Part shown: positions 1 to 9,848 of the stretch, piece after piece | How the letters are laid out: each line of letters opens with the position of its first letter | How positions within the stretch are numbered: the first letter of the stretch is position 1 | Source: Nitrospirota bacterium | Lineage (GTDB): Bacteria; Nitrospirota; Thermodesulfovibrionia; Thermodesulfovibrionales; Dissulfurispiraceae | Assembly (NCBI GenBank): GCA_040758355.1 | Contig: JBFLWF010000006.1 | Span: 1-64,000, forward strand | Direction of reading: 5' to 3' | DNA: 64,000 bases | The notes under the pieces: generated by a model | Told to the model about the DNA's origin: nothing | Seen by the model: the letters and a program-made list of their open reading frames with translations, nothing else | The model's database searches: none | Position numbers and translations under genes: made by a program

Positions 1-134
1 TATTTTTTCCCATACGGTAATCATACGGATTTTCTCGCCCCTTTGAAAGCTCTTTCCCCATTATTTGAAGCCATGTTATACCGCTTCAAGTCCATCGGTT
101 TACCCACTCTCTTCCACGATGAGCCATTATTTAT

Positions 135-353
135 ATGTTCTGGCGTGACCACCAGCCTCCCCATTTCCATGCGAGATACGGGGACGAGGAAGTCATCGTT
201 GAAATTGAAACGGGAAAGGTCACAGGCCATGTTACTCAAAGGGCAATGAATATGATTCAAGAATGGAGAGAACAACATAAAGAGGAATTGCTGGCAGACT
301 GGAAGCTGGCTGAACAAAATAAACCCTTAGTCCGAATTAGTCCATTGGAGTAA
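135..353 (+). CDS. DUF4160-family protein, probably 5'-truncated (TA-like pair with DUF2442)
   Basis: MFWRDHQPPHFHARYG motif. The upstream in-frame A-I-I-Y is preceded by TGA, so the usual N-terminal MP(E/T)ISRF segment is missing. Confidence 0.75.
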   Translation: MFWRDHQPPHFHARYGDEEVIVEIETGKVTGHVTQRAMNMIQEWREQHKEELLADWKLAEQNKPLVRISPLE

Positions 354-356
354 AAA

Positions 357-602
357 ATGATACTTCATGTCAAAGAAGCAAAATATCTTCATGATTACGT
401 GATTTGGCTGAGATTTAATGATGGTGCTGAAGGCGAAGTCAACCTCAAAGATGAACTTTACGGGGAAGTTTTCGAACCACTCAAGGATTTAGAAATGTTC
501 AAATCATTCAGGGTGGACCCGGTTCTTGAGACTATTGTCTGGGAAAATGGAGCCGACCTTGCTCCTGAATTCCTATACGACAAGATGAAAGTACTGGCAT
601 AA
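357..602 (+). CDS. DUF2442-family protein
   Basis: LRFNDG...GEVFEPLKD...F...TIVWENGADLAPEFLY signature; 3 nt after the DUF4160 gene. Confidence 0.85.
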   Translation: MILHVKEAKYLHDYVIWLRFNDGAEGEVNLKDELYGEVFEPLKDLEMFKSFRVDPVLETIVWENGADLAPEFLYDKMKVLA

Positions 603-650
603 CAAAATCACTCTTATGGATGGGCGTTCCGCCACCGCACACTTCAGTCG
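597..650 (+). other. Degenerate attC-like site remnant
   Basis: GCATAAC overlaps the stop codon (R''-like), followed by a short GC-rich imperfect hairpin and CTTCAGTCG. No GTTRRRY follows. Confidence 0.3.
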
Positions 651-679
651 CGCATATTTCTACCGCAAATCCTCAGTTT

Positions 680-1366
680 TTATTTCTCTCCCAGTCTTGT
701 CTTTGCCTCGTTTAACAAAGCTGATTTCGGGAATTTATTGATCAGTTCTCTGTATTTGTTTTTGGCATCTTCGGTTTTCCCTGACAGTTCCAGTATCTTT
801 CCTGTTTCCAGCAATGCCATATCCTGAAGGGGGATGTCTTTGATGTTTAAAATGTTTTTCAGGGAAGCAAGTGCATTATCCATGTCCCCTTTTTTAACAT
901 ATGCCATTGCCATCTTATAATATGAAAGAGAGATAACCTTCGGGTCTGAGAACTGGTTGTTAAGCTCCTTCAATGTCTTTATTGCTTCGTCGTAGTTTCC
1001 TAACTCATACTGGCAGTTTGCAATATACAGGAGGACATCGGGTCTTTTCCGTGTTGCATAGGATTTTTTGAACATCTCCAGTGCCTGTTTGTACCTTTCT
1101 GCAGGCGGAATAAGACTGGCCTGGTAATCACCATGGAATAATCTGTACCCCTCGAGCTCGAGCTCAAGTGCTTTGTTTGAAGATGTCTTTTTGTATACGG
1201 CAAATCCACCAATTGACAGTGCCAGTACAATGAAAACAGTTACGGCATAAACCAAAGTACGCTGTCTTTCCTTTAATCGCTGCCTTATATCGACAACGGT
1301 CTCTCTCAGGTCTTCTTCTGTAGCGATGCCCCTTTTCTCGGTGCGCCTTTTTATTGCCTTTGGCAT
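680..1366 (-). CDS. Membrane-anchored tetratricopeptide-repeat protein (YfgM-like)
   Basis: One hydrophobic N-terminal helix, then TPR motifs (YIANCQYELGNYDEA, YYKMAMAYVKKGDMDNA). Confidence 0.75.
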   Translation of the reverse strand: MPKAIKRRTEKRGIATEEDLRETVVDIRQRLKERQRTLVYAVTVFIVLALSIGGFAVYKKTSSNKALELELEGYRLFHGDYQASLIPPAERYKQALEMFKKSYATRKRPDVLLYIANCQYELGNYDEAIKTLKELNNQFSDPKVISLSYYKMAMAYVKKGDMDNALASLKNILNIKDIPLQDMALLETGKILELSGKTEDAKNKYRELINKFPKSALLNEAKTRLGEK

Positions 1367-1369
1367 TTA

Positions 1370-2023
1370 TCAACCTCCAAGCGCTTTTTTTACAAGTTTT
1401 TCCGCATGTTGGAATATAGAGTCTATTTCTTTATCCTCGATTCCTGCAGACATAAGTATCTGCCGCGCAAAGTTTTTTGTAATAAGGTCAGACGGAGAAT
1501 GGGCGTCGGTGTTCAGTATTAAGGGAATGCCTAAATTTAATGCCCATTTTGCCACATGGCCATTGGAAAGGCTGTGCCCTTTGCGCGCAGTTATTTCAAG
1601 GGTTATCCCTTTTTCTTTTGCAAACAAAAGGTCATCATTGGTGATCAATCCAGGATGTGCAAGTATATCTGCGCCTGCCTCAATGGCCGCCCTATTTGTG
1701 CCTTCGGCAACCGGCTCTACAATGGACTCTCCATGGACTACGACTATTTTAGCGCCGAGCTTTCTTGCCTCTTTTACCATATCAGGTATTAACGAAGGCG
1801 GGACATGGGTTATTTCTGCTCCGGGGATTATCTCGATAGAGACATGGTTCTTTAATGCAGTCACTGCCTTGACAATCCTTGGGATTATCAGGTCTATGTT
1901 TGACTGATCCATGTGGTCTGTAATTGCAATGGCCCCATATCCCATTGCAAAAGCCCTTCTTGCAAGCTCTGCAGGGATGAGTTCTCCATCGCTGAATATG
2001 CTGTGGGTGTGCAGGTCAATCAT
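1370..2023 (-). CDS. PHP-domain phosphoesterase (histidinol-phosphatase-like)
   Basis: DLHTHSIFSDG, AITDH and NTDAH PHP motifs. Confidence 0.85.
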   Translation of the reverse strand: MIDLHTHSIFSDGELIPAELARRAFAMGYGAIAITDHMDQSNIDLIIPRIVKAVTALKNHVSIEIIPGAEITHVPPSLIPDMVKEARKLGAKIVVVHGESIVEPVAEGTNRAAIEAGADILAHPGLITNDDLLFAKEKGITLEITARKGHSLSNGHVAKWALNLGIPLILNTDAHSPSDLITKNFARQILMSAGIEDKEIDSIFQHAEKLVKKALGG

Positions 2024-2025
2024 AA

Positions 2026-2088
2026 TTGCGTAATCCGTAATGCGTAATCCGTAATTAGTAGCTTATCACTCATTACGCATCACGCATT
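2026..2088. repeat. Inverted block of 7-nt tandem repeats (CGTAAT[G/C])n ... (CAT[T/C]ACG-like)n
   Basis: gcgtaatccgtaatgcgtaatccgtaat...tcattacgcatcacgcat read directly. Confidence 0.8.
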
Positions 2089-2204
2089 TCCTATCACAGA
2101 CTTTTAAGAATACAGGAAAAATCGATAAAAAGTAAAGACAATGACCCTAATAGACAAAGATATTATTTGATATAATAACTTAGAATAATATAGATTATAG
2201 GGCA

Positions 2205-4136
2205 ATGAAGGATAAGTCTCTCAGAAAAATTTTTACCTCTAAGGTCATATCGGTCTCTCCTGAGACTCCTGTTTCAGAAGCTGTCTCCTTAATGGAGAAA
2301 AATAAGATAAGCTGTCTTGTGGTTGTCCGGGATAAAAAACCTGTGGGCATTTTTACAGAACGTGATTTTGTTATTGCGGTGCATCGCCAGAACCATCTTG
2401 ACAGCCTTGAGATAAAGGAGCTGATGACCAAGCAGCCGATTACTGCAAACATAGATACAAATATATATGAGGCGTATAGCTTACTGGAGACAAACAGGAT
2501 AAGACATCTAATTATAGTGGACTCAAGCGGCGACCTCTCCGGCGTGATTACACAATCGGATATTATGAAGAATTTAGGGTTGGAGTATTTTGTCGAGATC
2601 AAAAATATATCAAAGATCATGACAAAGAATGTGGTGACAGCCGGTAAGGATTTCCTGCTCAGGGATGCCATATCGAGGATGGCGGAGTACTCCATCAGCT
2701 GCATAGTCGTTGAAGATGACAGATGTCCTGCGGGCATATTGACCGAGCGTGATGTGGTGCGCCTGTTTAAGGCAGGGGTCGATATGGACAGCTTGAAGGT
2801 AGAGGAAGTAATGGCACATCCTGTCAGGATTATATCTTCAAGTGCACCTGTTCATGAGGCAGCAAGAGTCATGAATAAGGAAAAGATCCGCAGGCTGGTG
2901 GTGGTGGACAAGGAGGGAAGGATAGCAGGACTTATTACACAATCAGACATCATAAAGAGGATCGAGGAGCGGTATATAGAATTTCTCAAGGAGATTATAA
3001 GGGGAAAGGAAGAGGTACTGCAGGAGACACGGAAAATGCTCAGCGAGAAGACAGTCCTCGAAAACATACTCCGCTCCTCCACCTCTATGGCCATTGTAGC
3101 CATGGACCATGATTTCCGCATCGTGTATTACAACCCTGTGGCAGAAAAGATATTCGGATACAGGGCAGATAAGGTCATCGGGCGCACGGCTATGGATATG
3201 CATTTAGAGAGAAAGGCGAACTCATCCCTTTTTGAAAAGGCAGTGGAGACGGTCAGGCACAACGGGTCGTATAAGTATACATTCGAACAAAAGAGGGAAG
3301 GCGGAATCCGGTTTATCGAGGCGACTGTATCCGGCATATGGGAGGGAAATAATAATCTGGCAGGGTTTGTTTTAATGGCACGGGATATCACCGAGCACAA
3401 GAGACTGGAAGAAGAACTTTTGAAGGCACAGAAGCTCGAATCCATCGGGGTGCTTGCCGGCGGCATTGCACACGACTTCAATAATCTGCTGACAGGCATT
3501 CTTAACTGTATCACCCTTTCAAAATCCTCTGTAAAACCCGAAGATAAGGTATTCGAGAGTTTAACCATGGCGGAGAAGGCATCCAGGCTTGCAAAGGACT
3601 TAACTCATCAATTGTTTACTTTTGCAAAAATCGGAGAGCCTGTTAAAAAAATGACCTCCATTGCTGAAATTATAAAGGATGCCGCCGACCTTATCCCAAC
3701 CGATTTCAATGCAAAGTGCGAGGTCTCCATACCAGACGACCTCTGGCCTGTGGATGTCGATAAAGGACAGATGGGCCGTGTATTCCATAATCTGATCATA
3801 AATGCAAAGGAGGCCATGCCACGCGGCGGGGTAATCAAGATTAATGCCGGGAACATAGACATCAGTACGAGAGACGGCCTTCCTCTAAAAGAGGGAAGAT
3901 ATATAAAAATTTCCATGGAAGATCAGGGACACGGCATCCCGAGGAAAAATTTGCAGAAGATATTTGATCCCTATTTCACGACTAAACAGCGTGGAAGCAA
4001 AAAAGGCATGGGTCTTGGTCTTGCCATATGTTATTCGATAGTTAAAAACCATGACGGCCACATCACCGTAGCATCAGAAGAAGGAACAGGAACAACCTTC
4101 TATATTTATCTCCCTGTCTCACCGACATTGTTCTAA
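2205..4136 (+). CDS. Soluble sensor histidine kinase with four CBS domains and a PAS domain
   Basis: Four CBS repeats (VGIFTERD, GVITQSD, GILTERD, GLITQSD), PAS, H-box AGGIAHDFNNLL, N-box NLIINA, FDPYFTTK, GMGLGL. Confidence 0.92.
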   Translation: MKDKSLRKIFTSKVISVSPETPVSEAVSLMEKNKISCLVVVRDKKPVGIFTERDFVIAVHRQNHLDSLEIKELMTKQPITANIDTNIYEAYSLLETNRIRHLIIVDSSGDLSGVITQSDIMKNLGLEYFVEIKNISKIMTKNVVTAGKDFLLRDAISRMAEYSISCIVVEDDRCPAGILTERDVVRLFKAGVDMDSLKVEEVMAHPVRIISSSAPVHEAARVMNKEKIRRLVVVDKEGRIAGLITQSDIIKRIEERYIEFLKEIIRGKEEVLQETRKMLSEKTVLENILRSSTSMAIVAMDHDFRIVYYNPVAEKIFGYRADKVIGRTAMDMHLERKANSSLFEKAVETVRHNGSYKYTFEQKREGGIRFIEATVSGIWEGNNNLAGFVLMARDITEHKRLEEELLKAQKLESIGVLAGGIAHDFNNLLTGILNCITLSKSSVKPEDKVFESLTMAEKASRLAKDLTHQLFTFAKIGEPVKKMTSIAEIIKDAADLIPTDFNAKCEVSIPDDLWPVDVDKGQMGRVFHNLIINAKEAMPRGGVIKINAGNIDISTRDGLPLKEGRYIKISMEDQGHGIPRKNLQKIFDPYFTTKQRGSKKGMGLGLAICYSIVKNHDGHITVASEEGTGTTFYIYLPVSPTLF

Positions 4137-4146
4137 AGATCTCGCA

Positions 4147-5442
4147 TCAGCTTTTAAACACCCTGCCGAATATATAATCCACATTCCTCAGGTAGTAGTG
4201 CAGGTCAAATATTTCCTCTATCTCCTTAGGCGAGAGATGTTTTGTTATGTCGCTGTCCTTCTGGAGGAGTTTCATAAAACTCACACCCCCTTTCCAGCTT
4301 TCCATGGCGTTCCTTTGCACCATTGTATATGCATCCTCGCGGGTTATGCCCTTCTCGGTAAGGGCGAGCATAACCCTCTGGGAATTATAAAGGCCGTAGC
4401 TCCTGTCCATATTTGTCTTCATCCTTTCGGGGTACACATGCATGTCTTTAAGTATTCCCTTTAATCTGTTCAGCATGTAGTCGACAAGTATCATGCTGTC
4501 CGGGATGATTACTCTTTCCACCGATGAATGGGATATATCCCTCTCATGCCATAGGGCGATGTTTTCTAATGCAGCTATGGCATTGGAACGGACAATCCTT
4601 GCAAGACCCGAAAGGTTTTCACATCCAACAGGATTCCTCTTGTGAGGCATTGCAGATGAGCCCTTCTGTCCTACGCTGAAAGGCTCTTCAGCCTCAAGCA
4701 CCTCTGTCCTCTGGAGATGTCTTATTTCAACAGCGATCTTTTCGATGCATGCCGCAATAAGGGCAAGGGCTGTCATGTATTCTGCATGTCTGTCCCTCTG
4801 GACAACCTGGGTTGCTACAGGCTCGGGTTTGAGTCCGAGCTTGTTGCACACCATATCTTCCAGTTCGGTTGGGATATTTGAGAATGTTCCAACTGCACCG
4901 GAGAGCTTGCCGATACTTATAACATCCTTTGCAGTCTCCATCCTTCTAAGATTTCTTTTTGCATCTTCATACCAGAGGGCGAATTTAAGTCCAAAGGTCA
5001 TGGGCTCTGCATGAACTCCGTGACTTCTGCCGATGCATGGAACAGTCTTATATTTGAATGCCTGTTCTTTTAAAACGCCCATCAATTCTTTAATGTCTTT
5101 TATGATAATGTCTGATGCCTCCCTCATGAGGAGGGAGAGGGCTGTGTCAACCACATCGGATGACGTGAGCCCTTTATGTATGAACCGCGACTCAGGGCCT
5201 ACAAACTCTGAAACGGATGTGAGAAATGCAATGACATCATGCTTTACTGTCCTTTCAACCTCGTCAATCCTCGCTATATCGAACTTTGCTTTCTCTTTTA
5301 TCACCTTGAGAGCATCCTCCGGGATTTCACCCAATTCTGCCCATGCCTCGCATACGGCTATCTCCACATCGAGCCATTTCTGAAACCTGTTTTCAGGCTC
5401 CCAGAGTCTTCCCATTTCAGTGCGTGTATATCTCGGTATCAT
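4147..5442 (-). CDS. purB: Adenylosuccinate lyase
   Basis: MIPRYTR start, HKGLTSSD, GRSHGVHAEP, GSSAMPHKRNP signature. Confidence 0.97.
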   Translation of the reverse strand: MIPRYTRTEMGRLWEPENRFQKWLDVEIAVCEAWAELGEIPEDALKVIKEKAKFDIARIDEVERTVKHDVIAFLTSVSEFVGPESRFIHKGLTSSDVVDTALSLLMREASDIIIKDIKELMGVLKEQAFKYKTVPCIGRSHGVHAEPMTFGLKFALWYEDAKRNLRRMETAKDVISIGKLSGAVGTFSNIPTELEDMVCNKLGLKPEPVATQVVQRDRHAEYMTALALIAACIEKIAVEIRHLQRTEVLEAEEPFSVGQKGSSAMPHKRNPVGCENLSGLARIVRSNAIAALENIALWHERDISHSSVERVIIPDSMILVDYMLNRLKGILKDMHVYPERMKTNMDRSYGLYNSQRVMLALTEKGITREDAYTMVQRNAMESWKGGVSFMKLLQKDSDITKHLSPKEIEEIFDLHYYLRNVDYIFGRVFKS

Positions 5443-5455
5443 AATGCCTCCCTAT

Positions 5456-6337
5456 TCATAGTTTAAGCAGCCTCTCTATCTTAATCGAACCCTTAGAAAC
5501 TTTTCCAATTCCGAAGAGTTTCCCTTCAGGGTCTTTAAGCCTGATAAATGGTGAAATGGTGACTGTGTGAATGGGCGAATCCGACGTATAAGTAATCGGG
5601 TTCCCGTTTTTGGCCTTCTTCAAATTGTCGCCTTCCAATATTATCTCCGGCAGGTGCTTTAATGCAGAGTCTATGGGATATAATGATGCGGTCTTATGAG
5701 GCAGTTCGCTTATCTTTGCGGAGTTTTCTATGGAGAACTGTCCTATCCTCGTGCGAACAAGTTCAACCATATGTGCGCCTGCGCCAAGGGCATTGCCGAT
5801 GTCATTGCATAATGAGCGCATATATGTGCCTTTTGAACATGAGACTCTCAATTTCAGGAAGGGGGATTCAAAGCTCAATATCTCTATTGAATCGATAATC
5901 ACCTTTCGGGGCTTCCTTTCAATCTCGATGCCCTTTCTGGCTAACTTGTAAAGGGGCTCCCCGGAAACCTTGATTGCCGAATACATGGGAGGTACCTGTT
6001 CGATCTCGCCTATGAATCTCTGGATTATCTCTTTTATTTCTTCAATTTGAAATTTGAAATTTGAAATTTGAAATTTTTTGATTACTTTGCCTTCGGCGTC
6101 ATATGTATCGGTGCTTTCACCCAGCTTTGCGGTCATAATGTACTCCTTGTCGATGTTAGAAAGAAGGGATGAAATCTTTGTAGCCTCATTCAGGCAGATA
6201 AGAAGAACCCCTGTAGCAATTGGGTCAAGTGTTCCTGCATGACCGGCCTTTCTGACCTTAAAGAGTTTTTTTGCAGAGGTAACAGCATCGTGTGAAGTAA
6301 TGCCGTAATCCTTGTTGAGGTTTATAATGATGTTCAT
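5456..6337 (-). CDS. truB: tRNA pseudouridine(55) synthase
   Basis: GHAGTLDP, QVPPMYSAIK, CSKGTYMRSL motifs. Confidence 0.96.
   Translation of the reverse strand: MNIIINLNKDYGITSHDAVTSAKKLFKVRKAGHAGTLDPIATGVLLICLNEATKISSLLSNIDKEYIMTAKLGESTDTYDAEGKVIKKFQISNFKFQIEEIKEIIQRFIGEIEQVPPMYSAIKVSGEPLYKLARKGIEIERKPRKVIIDSIEILSFESPFLKLRVSCSKGTYMRSLCNDIGNALGAGAHMVELVRTRIGQFSIENSAKISELPHKTASLYPIDSALKHLPEIILEGDNLKKAKNGNPITYTSDSPIHTVTISPFIRLKDPEGKLFGIGKVSKGSIKIERLLKL
6044..6076. repeat. (AATTTGA)n heptamer repeat, in frame inside truB
   Basis: aatttga x4 + aattt; encodes KFQISNFKFQI. Confidence 0.85.
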
Positions 6338-6366
6338 ACGAATCGATGCCCTTTATTATAAATCAG

Positions 6367-8451
6367 TTAGCTGTTTGGTGTGGAATGGGTCTGGTATTGA
6401 TAAAGCTTAATAGGCGGCCGTCCCAATCCCTTCAATTCGATGAATATCATGACACTGTATTCAGGAGGCCTCCTATTATCACCGGGTCTTCTTGTTGCTG
6501 AGATATTAACTGCCCAGCACTGCTCTGAATAAACAGTATTAATTGATGAATCTCTCAAACCATCCTTTGAGTCATACCACATATTGGCGCTTACAGACCA
6601 TTTCTTGGTAATGGCCGAATTAATGCCGAATGTATAGAAATACTTTTCATCTGCGTTAACGTACCGTTCTCCAAGTGTTATCGAAGTTCCATCTATCACT
6701 CTAAAACTGAGCGAAGAGTTAACCGTCTCGGCTCTTCCCTTATTAGGGTCGTATGACATATCGAAGTTTAAACTAAGAGGACCGCTCAGGGAGGCATTTA
6801 GTGTTGTAGGCGACAGGGGTCTGTCTCCTGCATTGAAGTTTAAAGATTGTGATAGACTTGCCGTCAGCGTGAAATGTTTAAATGCAAGGTTGTTGTATAG
6901 AGAGAAACTTGCTGTCGATGTTTTGTCGAATAGTTCTGTTGAATCAAAAAGGGGCAATGGATAGTGATTTTCTGGAATAAAAGTATAGGAAAGAGAAGGC
7001 TCTATGATATGTGTGAATGACTCGTAACGCTTGATAAATCTTGTCAATGCATTTGCCCTGTACTCAAAGGTTTCTCTGTGTGGTGACGAACCATAAGATG
7101 CTCCGTCTTTGAGATTATATGCTGTTTCTCTGAGAGAAAGGGCCTGGAATATTGGCACTGTCTCTCCAAAGGAATAGGACAGTGTGGGATTAATGTCTAT
7201 ACGCTGCCCCCTCGGTTCCTTTCCCCTGTAAAAATTAGCAATGCTTGAATTCATGGTGAACATTAAAGGCCCGATACCTACAGGATTAACAACATAGCCC
7301 AATTCCGGCAGCTTTTGCGGGACAGGGGTGCTCTTCGGGACCGGAGCACCATGCGGTACAGTGGCACTAATGTCCTTCAAATCTATCCAATATTGCCCTA
7401 AAAGATAAAGCCTTGAATTTTGAAGAGGTACAGTAACTTCTCCTGTCGACTGAAGGAACCTCTGGATTCTCGTCTCTCTTTTATAGCCGTACTCTTTGTA
7501 AAAGTCCTTATGATTTATATAGTTAATATCCATATATCCCCTGAGGTCTCCAAGTCTGTGGTCATGTATGCCCTTAAACTCATAAAAATCTTTTTTAAGC
7601 TCCCTGTCTTTCAAGTGGTAGATATACCACCTCCCATTGTCATCAAAATCGAGATATCTGTATTCAATCCCCTTTCCGATGCCTCGTTTGCTGTAATAAT
7701 CAAGATAGAAGGTTGCATCCTTATTTTCATCTATTGCCCAGAAAAAGGCAGGACTGAATTGAAAACCTTTATCTGAGCCGTTGCCGATAATGGGGAACAG
7801 GAAACCTGTCTCGCGTTCTGTCTTCACAGGCGCCCACATGTATGGAGAATACAGGACAGGCATCCCCTTAATCCTGTACGTCACATTCTGTGCAGTAAAC
7901 TTTTTCCCTACTATTATGTCAACATTGCTTCCCTTAAAACACCAATCAGCTTTTGAAGGAGATTCGGAATCGCATGTAGTAAAGGTTGCGGTATCTGCAT
8001 AATAGTGGTCTTCTTTTATTTTAGATACATTATCGCCGTTGACCCAGTAATTGCCTTTTTTAAAGAAAATGAGCGCATTATGGAGTTTGCCTGTTTTGGT
8101 TTTCAGGTTTAGTTCTGCCCTTTCGGTGTTTATGAAGGTTTCATTGTCCTCATAAATTACATTCCCTATTGCCTCGGCATCTGATGTCTTTTGATAGAGA
8201 ACAGCCCTGTCGGCAATCAATACAGAATCTTCTTCCTCTATTCTCACGTTGCCTGTTGCCACATATTTATCTTCGCTTTTGAAATATTCGAGATGATCCG
8301 CAGTTATTGTGGTAGCCCATGCTAAAGCAGGCAATAGACAATAGGCAATAGGCAATAGGCAATAGGCAATAGGCAATAGGTAATGGGTAATGGGTAATAA
8401 GTAATTCCTATAACCTATAACCCATAACCTATGACCTATAGCCTGTTTCAT
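6367..8451 (-). CDS. lptD: LPS-assembly outer-membrane protein LptD
   Basis: ITADHLEY/ATGNV OstA-like N-terminus, FTTC, RETGFLFP, YYSKRG, QCW, IELKGLG C-terminus. Confidence 0.88.
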   Translation of the reverse strand: MKQAIGHRLWVIGYRNYLLPITHYLLPIAYCLLPIAYCLLPALAWATTITADHLEYFKSEDKYVATGNVRIEEEDSVLIADRAVLYQKTSDAEAIGNVIYEDNETFINTERAELNLKTKTGKLHNALIFFKKGNYWVNGDNVSKIKEDHYYADTATFTTCDSESPSKADWCFKGSNVDIIVGKKFTAQNVTYRIKGMPVLYSPYMWAPVKTERETGFLFPIIGNGSDKGFQFSPAFFWAIDENKDATFYLDYYSKRGIGKGIEYRYLDFDDNGRWYIYHLKDRELKKDFYEFKGIHDHRLGDLRGYMDINYINHKDFYKEYGYKRETRIQRFLQSTGEVTVPLQNSRLYLLGQYWIDLKDISATVPHGAPVPKSTPVPQKLPELGYVVNPVGIGPLMFTMNSSIANFYRGKEPRGQRIDINPTLSYSFGETVPIFQALSLRETAYNLKDGASYGSSPHRETFEYRANALTRFIKRYESFTHIIEPSLSYTFIPENHYPLPLFDSTELFDKTSTASFSLYNNLAFKHFTLTASLSQSLNFNAGDRPLSPTTLNASLSGPLSLNFDMSYDPNKGRAETVNSSLSFRVIDGTSITLGERYVNADEKYFYTFGINSAITKKWSVSANMWYDSKDGLRDSSINTVYSEQCWAVNISATRRPGDNRRPPEYSVMIFIELKGLGRPPIKLYQYQTHSTPNS
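8329..8445. repeat. Heptamer tandem repeats (GGCAATA)n / (CCTATAA-like)n forming the 5' end of lptD
   Basis: Read directly; encodes the LLPITHYLLPIAYCLLPIAYCLLPA signal-peptide region. Confidence 0.85.
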
Positions 8452-9848
8452 ACCGTTTCCCTCAATGTCCCGAGAACGGCCTTTTTACCCAGCATCTCCA
8501 ATGCCTCTCCTATGGTATAGAAAGAACCGGTAATAAGAATGAGTGAATGAGTGAATGAGTGAATGGGTGAATGGGTGAAGTGATTATTTTTTATCTCCGA
8601 TTCTCTGATTCTCAGATTCTCCGATTCACAGCATTTTTTTGCCATCTCGATAGCATCACTTACAGAATTTGCAACCCTTGAGAAAAAACCCATGTGCAAT
8701 GCGGTCTCTGCAAGTTTTTGAGGTGATGCTGCCCTGCCGTAATCAGGCGCGGTAAATATTATTTCAGAGGCAGCAGGCAGGAGGGGTGACATGATTCCAT
8801 GAATGTCTTTATCGGCCATTATGCCCATTATGAGAATGATCCTGTAATCATTGAGATGTTTTTTTATAAATTCTGATAATGCCTTTGCTGCATCAGGGTT
8901 ATGCGCACCATCGATCATGATAGCGGGATCATTGCTTACTGTTTCGAGCCGTCCATGCCATTCTGTATTGGCAAGGCCCTCTCCAATCAATTTCGAATTT
9001 CGAATTTCGAATTTCGAATTTTGCTTCAATGCAAGGGTTGCCGCCTTTGTTGCCATGCAGGCATTGAATATCTGGTGCTCTCCTGCCAAAGGTGTGTGCA
9101 AATCTGTAATTGTACATGAATCATCGAAGTAGTCAAATGTAATTCCTTCAATGTCTGATAATCTCAGTTCTCCGCTAAAGTCTTTTCCGTATATAAAGAG
9201 AGGAGACGATCTTTCTTTTGCTGCAGCAGCAATCACTTCCCCTGCTTCTTTCTCCTGATGCGCAGAAACAACTGGGATTCCCTTTTTTATAATCCCTGCC
9301 TTTTCGTATGCAATATCTGTTAAGGTCTCTCCCAAAAATTCTTTGTGGTCATAACTTATTTTTGTGATAATAGATACTTCGGGTGTGATTATATTTGTTG
9401 CATCCAGCCTCCCTCCCATGCCTGTCTCTATAACTGCCCAATCCACACTGTTTCTTGAGAAATACAAAAAGGCCATCGCAGTAACAAATTCAAAGAATGT
9501 CGGTTCAGGGATCTGAGATTTTAGATTTGAGATTTTAGATTTGATTTCTTCTGTTAGGCTTACCACGTCCGATTCGGAAATCTGTTCATTATTAATCCTT
9601 ATCCTTTCTGTAAAACTGACAAGATGCGGAGAGGTGAATAAGCCGACCTTGAAGCCGTGGGCCATCAAAACCGATGCGGTCATTGCAGATACAGACCCTT
9701 TCCCGTTTGTGCCGGCAACATGGATAGAGAGGAAGTCTTTGTGGGGATTTCCTAATCGTGATAATATTATCCCGGTCTTTTCGAGGCCGAGTTTGATGCC
9801 GTATTTCTGAAGACCGTATAAATAATTAATTGCTTCAGGATAGCTCAT
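8448..9848 (-). CDS. folC: Bifunctional folylpolyglutamate synthase/dihydrofolate synthase
   Basis: HVAGTNGKGS, FTSPHL, ETGMGGRLDATN, DGAHN, TGSFY motifs. Confidence 0.96.
   Translation of the reverse strand: MSYPEAINYLYGLQKYGIKLGLEKTGIILSRLGNPHKDFLSIHVAGTNGKGSVSAMTASVLMAHGFKVGLFTSPHLVSFTERIRINNEQISESDVVSLTEEIKSKISNLKSQIPEPTFFEFVTAMAFLYFSRNSVDWAVIETGMGGRLDATNIITPEVSIITKISYDHKEFLGETLTDIAYEKAGIIKKGIPVVSAHQEKEAGEVIAAAAKERSSPLFIYGKDFSGELRLSDIEGITFDYFDDSCTITDLHTPLAGEHQIFNACMATKAATLALKQNSKFEIRNSKLIGEGLANTEWHGRLETVSNDPAIMIDGAHNPDAAKALSEFIKKHLNDYRIILIMGIMADKDIHGIMSPLLPAASEIIFTAPDYGRAASPQKLAETALHMGFFSRVANSVSDAIEMAKKCCESENLRIRESEIKNNHFTHSPIHSFTHSLILITGSFYTIGEALEMLGKKAVLGTLRETV
8537..8628. repeat. Octamer repeats (GAGTGAAT)n and (GATTCTCN)n inside folC
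   Basis: Encode ESENLRIRESE and FTHSPIHSFTHS. Confidence 0.8.
8990..9021. repeat. (TTTCGAA)n heptamer repeat inside folC
   Basis: Encodes NSKFEIRNSK. Confidence 0.8.
9512..9546. repeat. (AGATTT[T/G])n heptamer repeat inside folC
   Basis: Encodes KSKISNLKSQI. Confidence 0.75.

Noticed and set aside
1..134. Minus-strand ORF 21-317 and a possible gene start running off the left edge
   Set aside because: ORF 21-317 is mostly antisense to the DUF4160 gene, and the edge fragment is too short to support a call.
1326..3916. Long antisense ORFs (e.g. 1326-1907, 2195-2737, 3128-3568) and similar shadow ORFs across the window
   Set aside because: They lie opposite well-supported genes and show no recognisable motifs.
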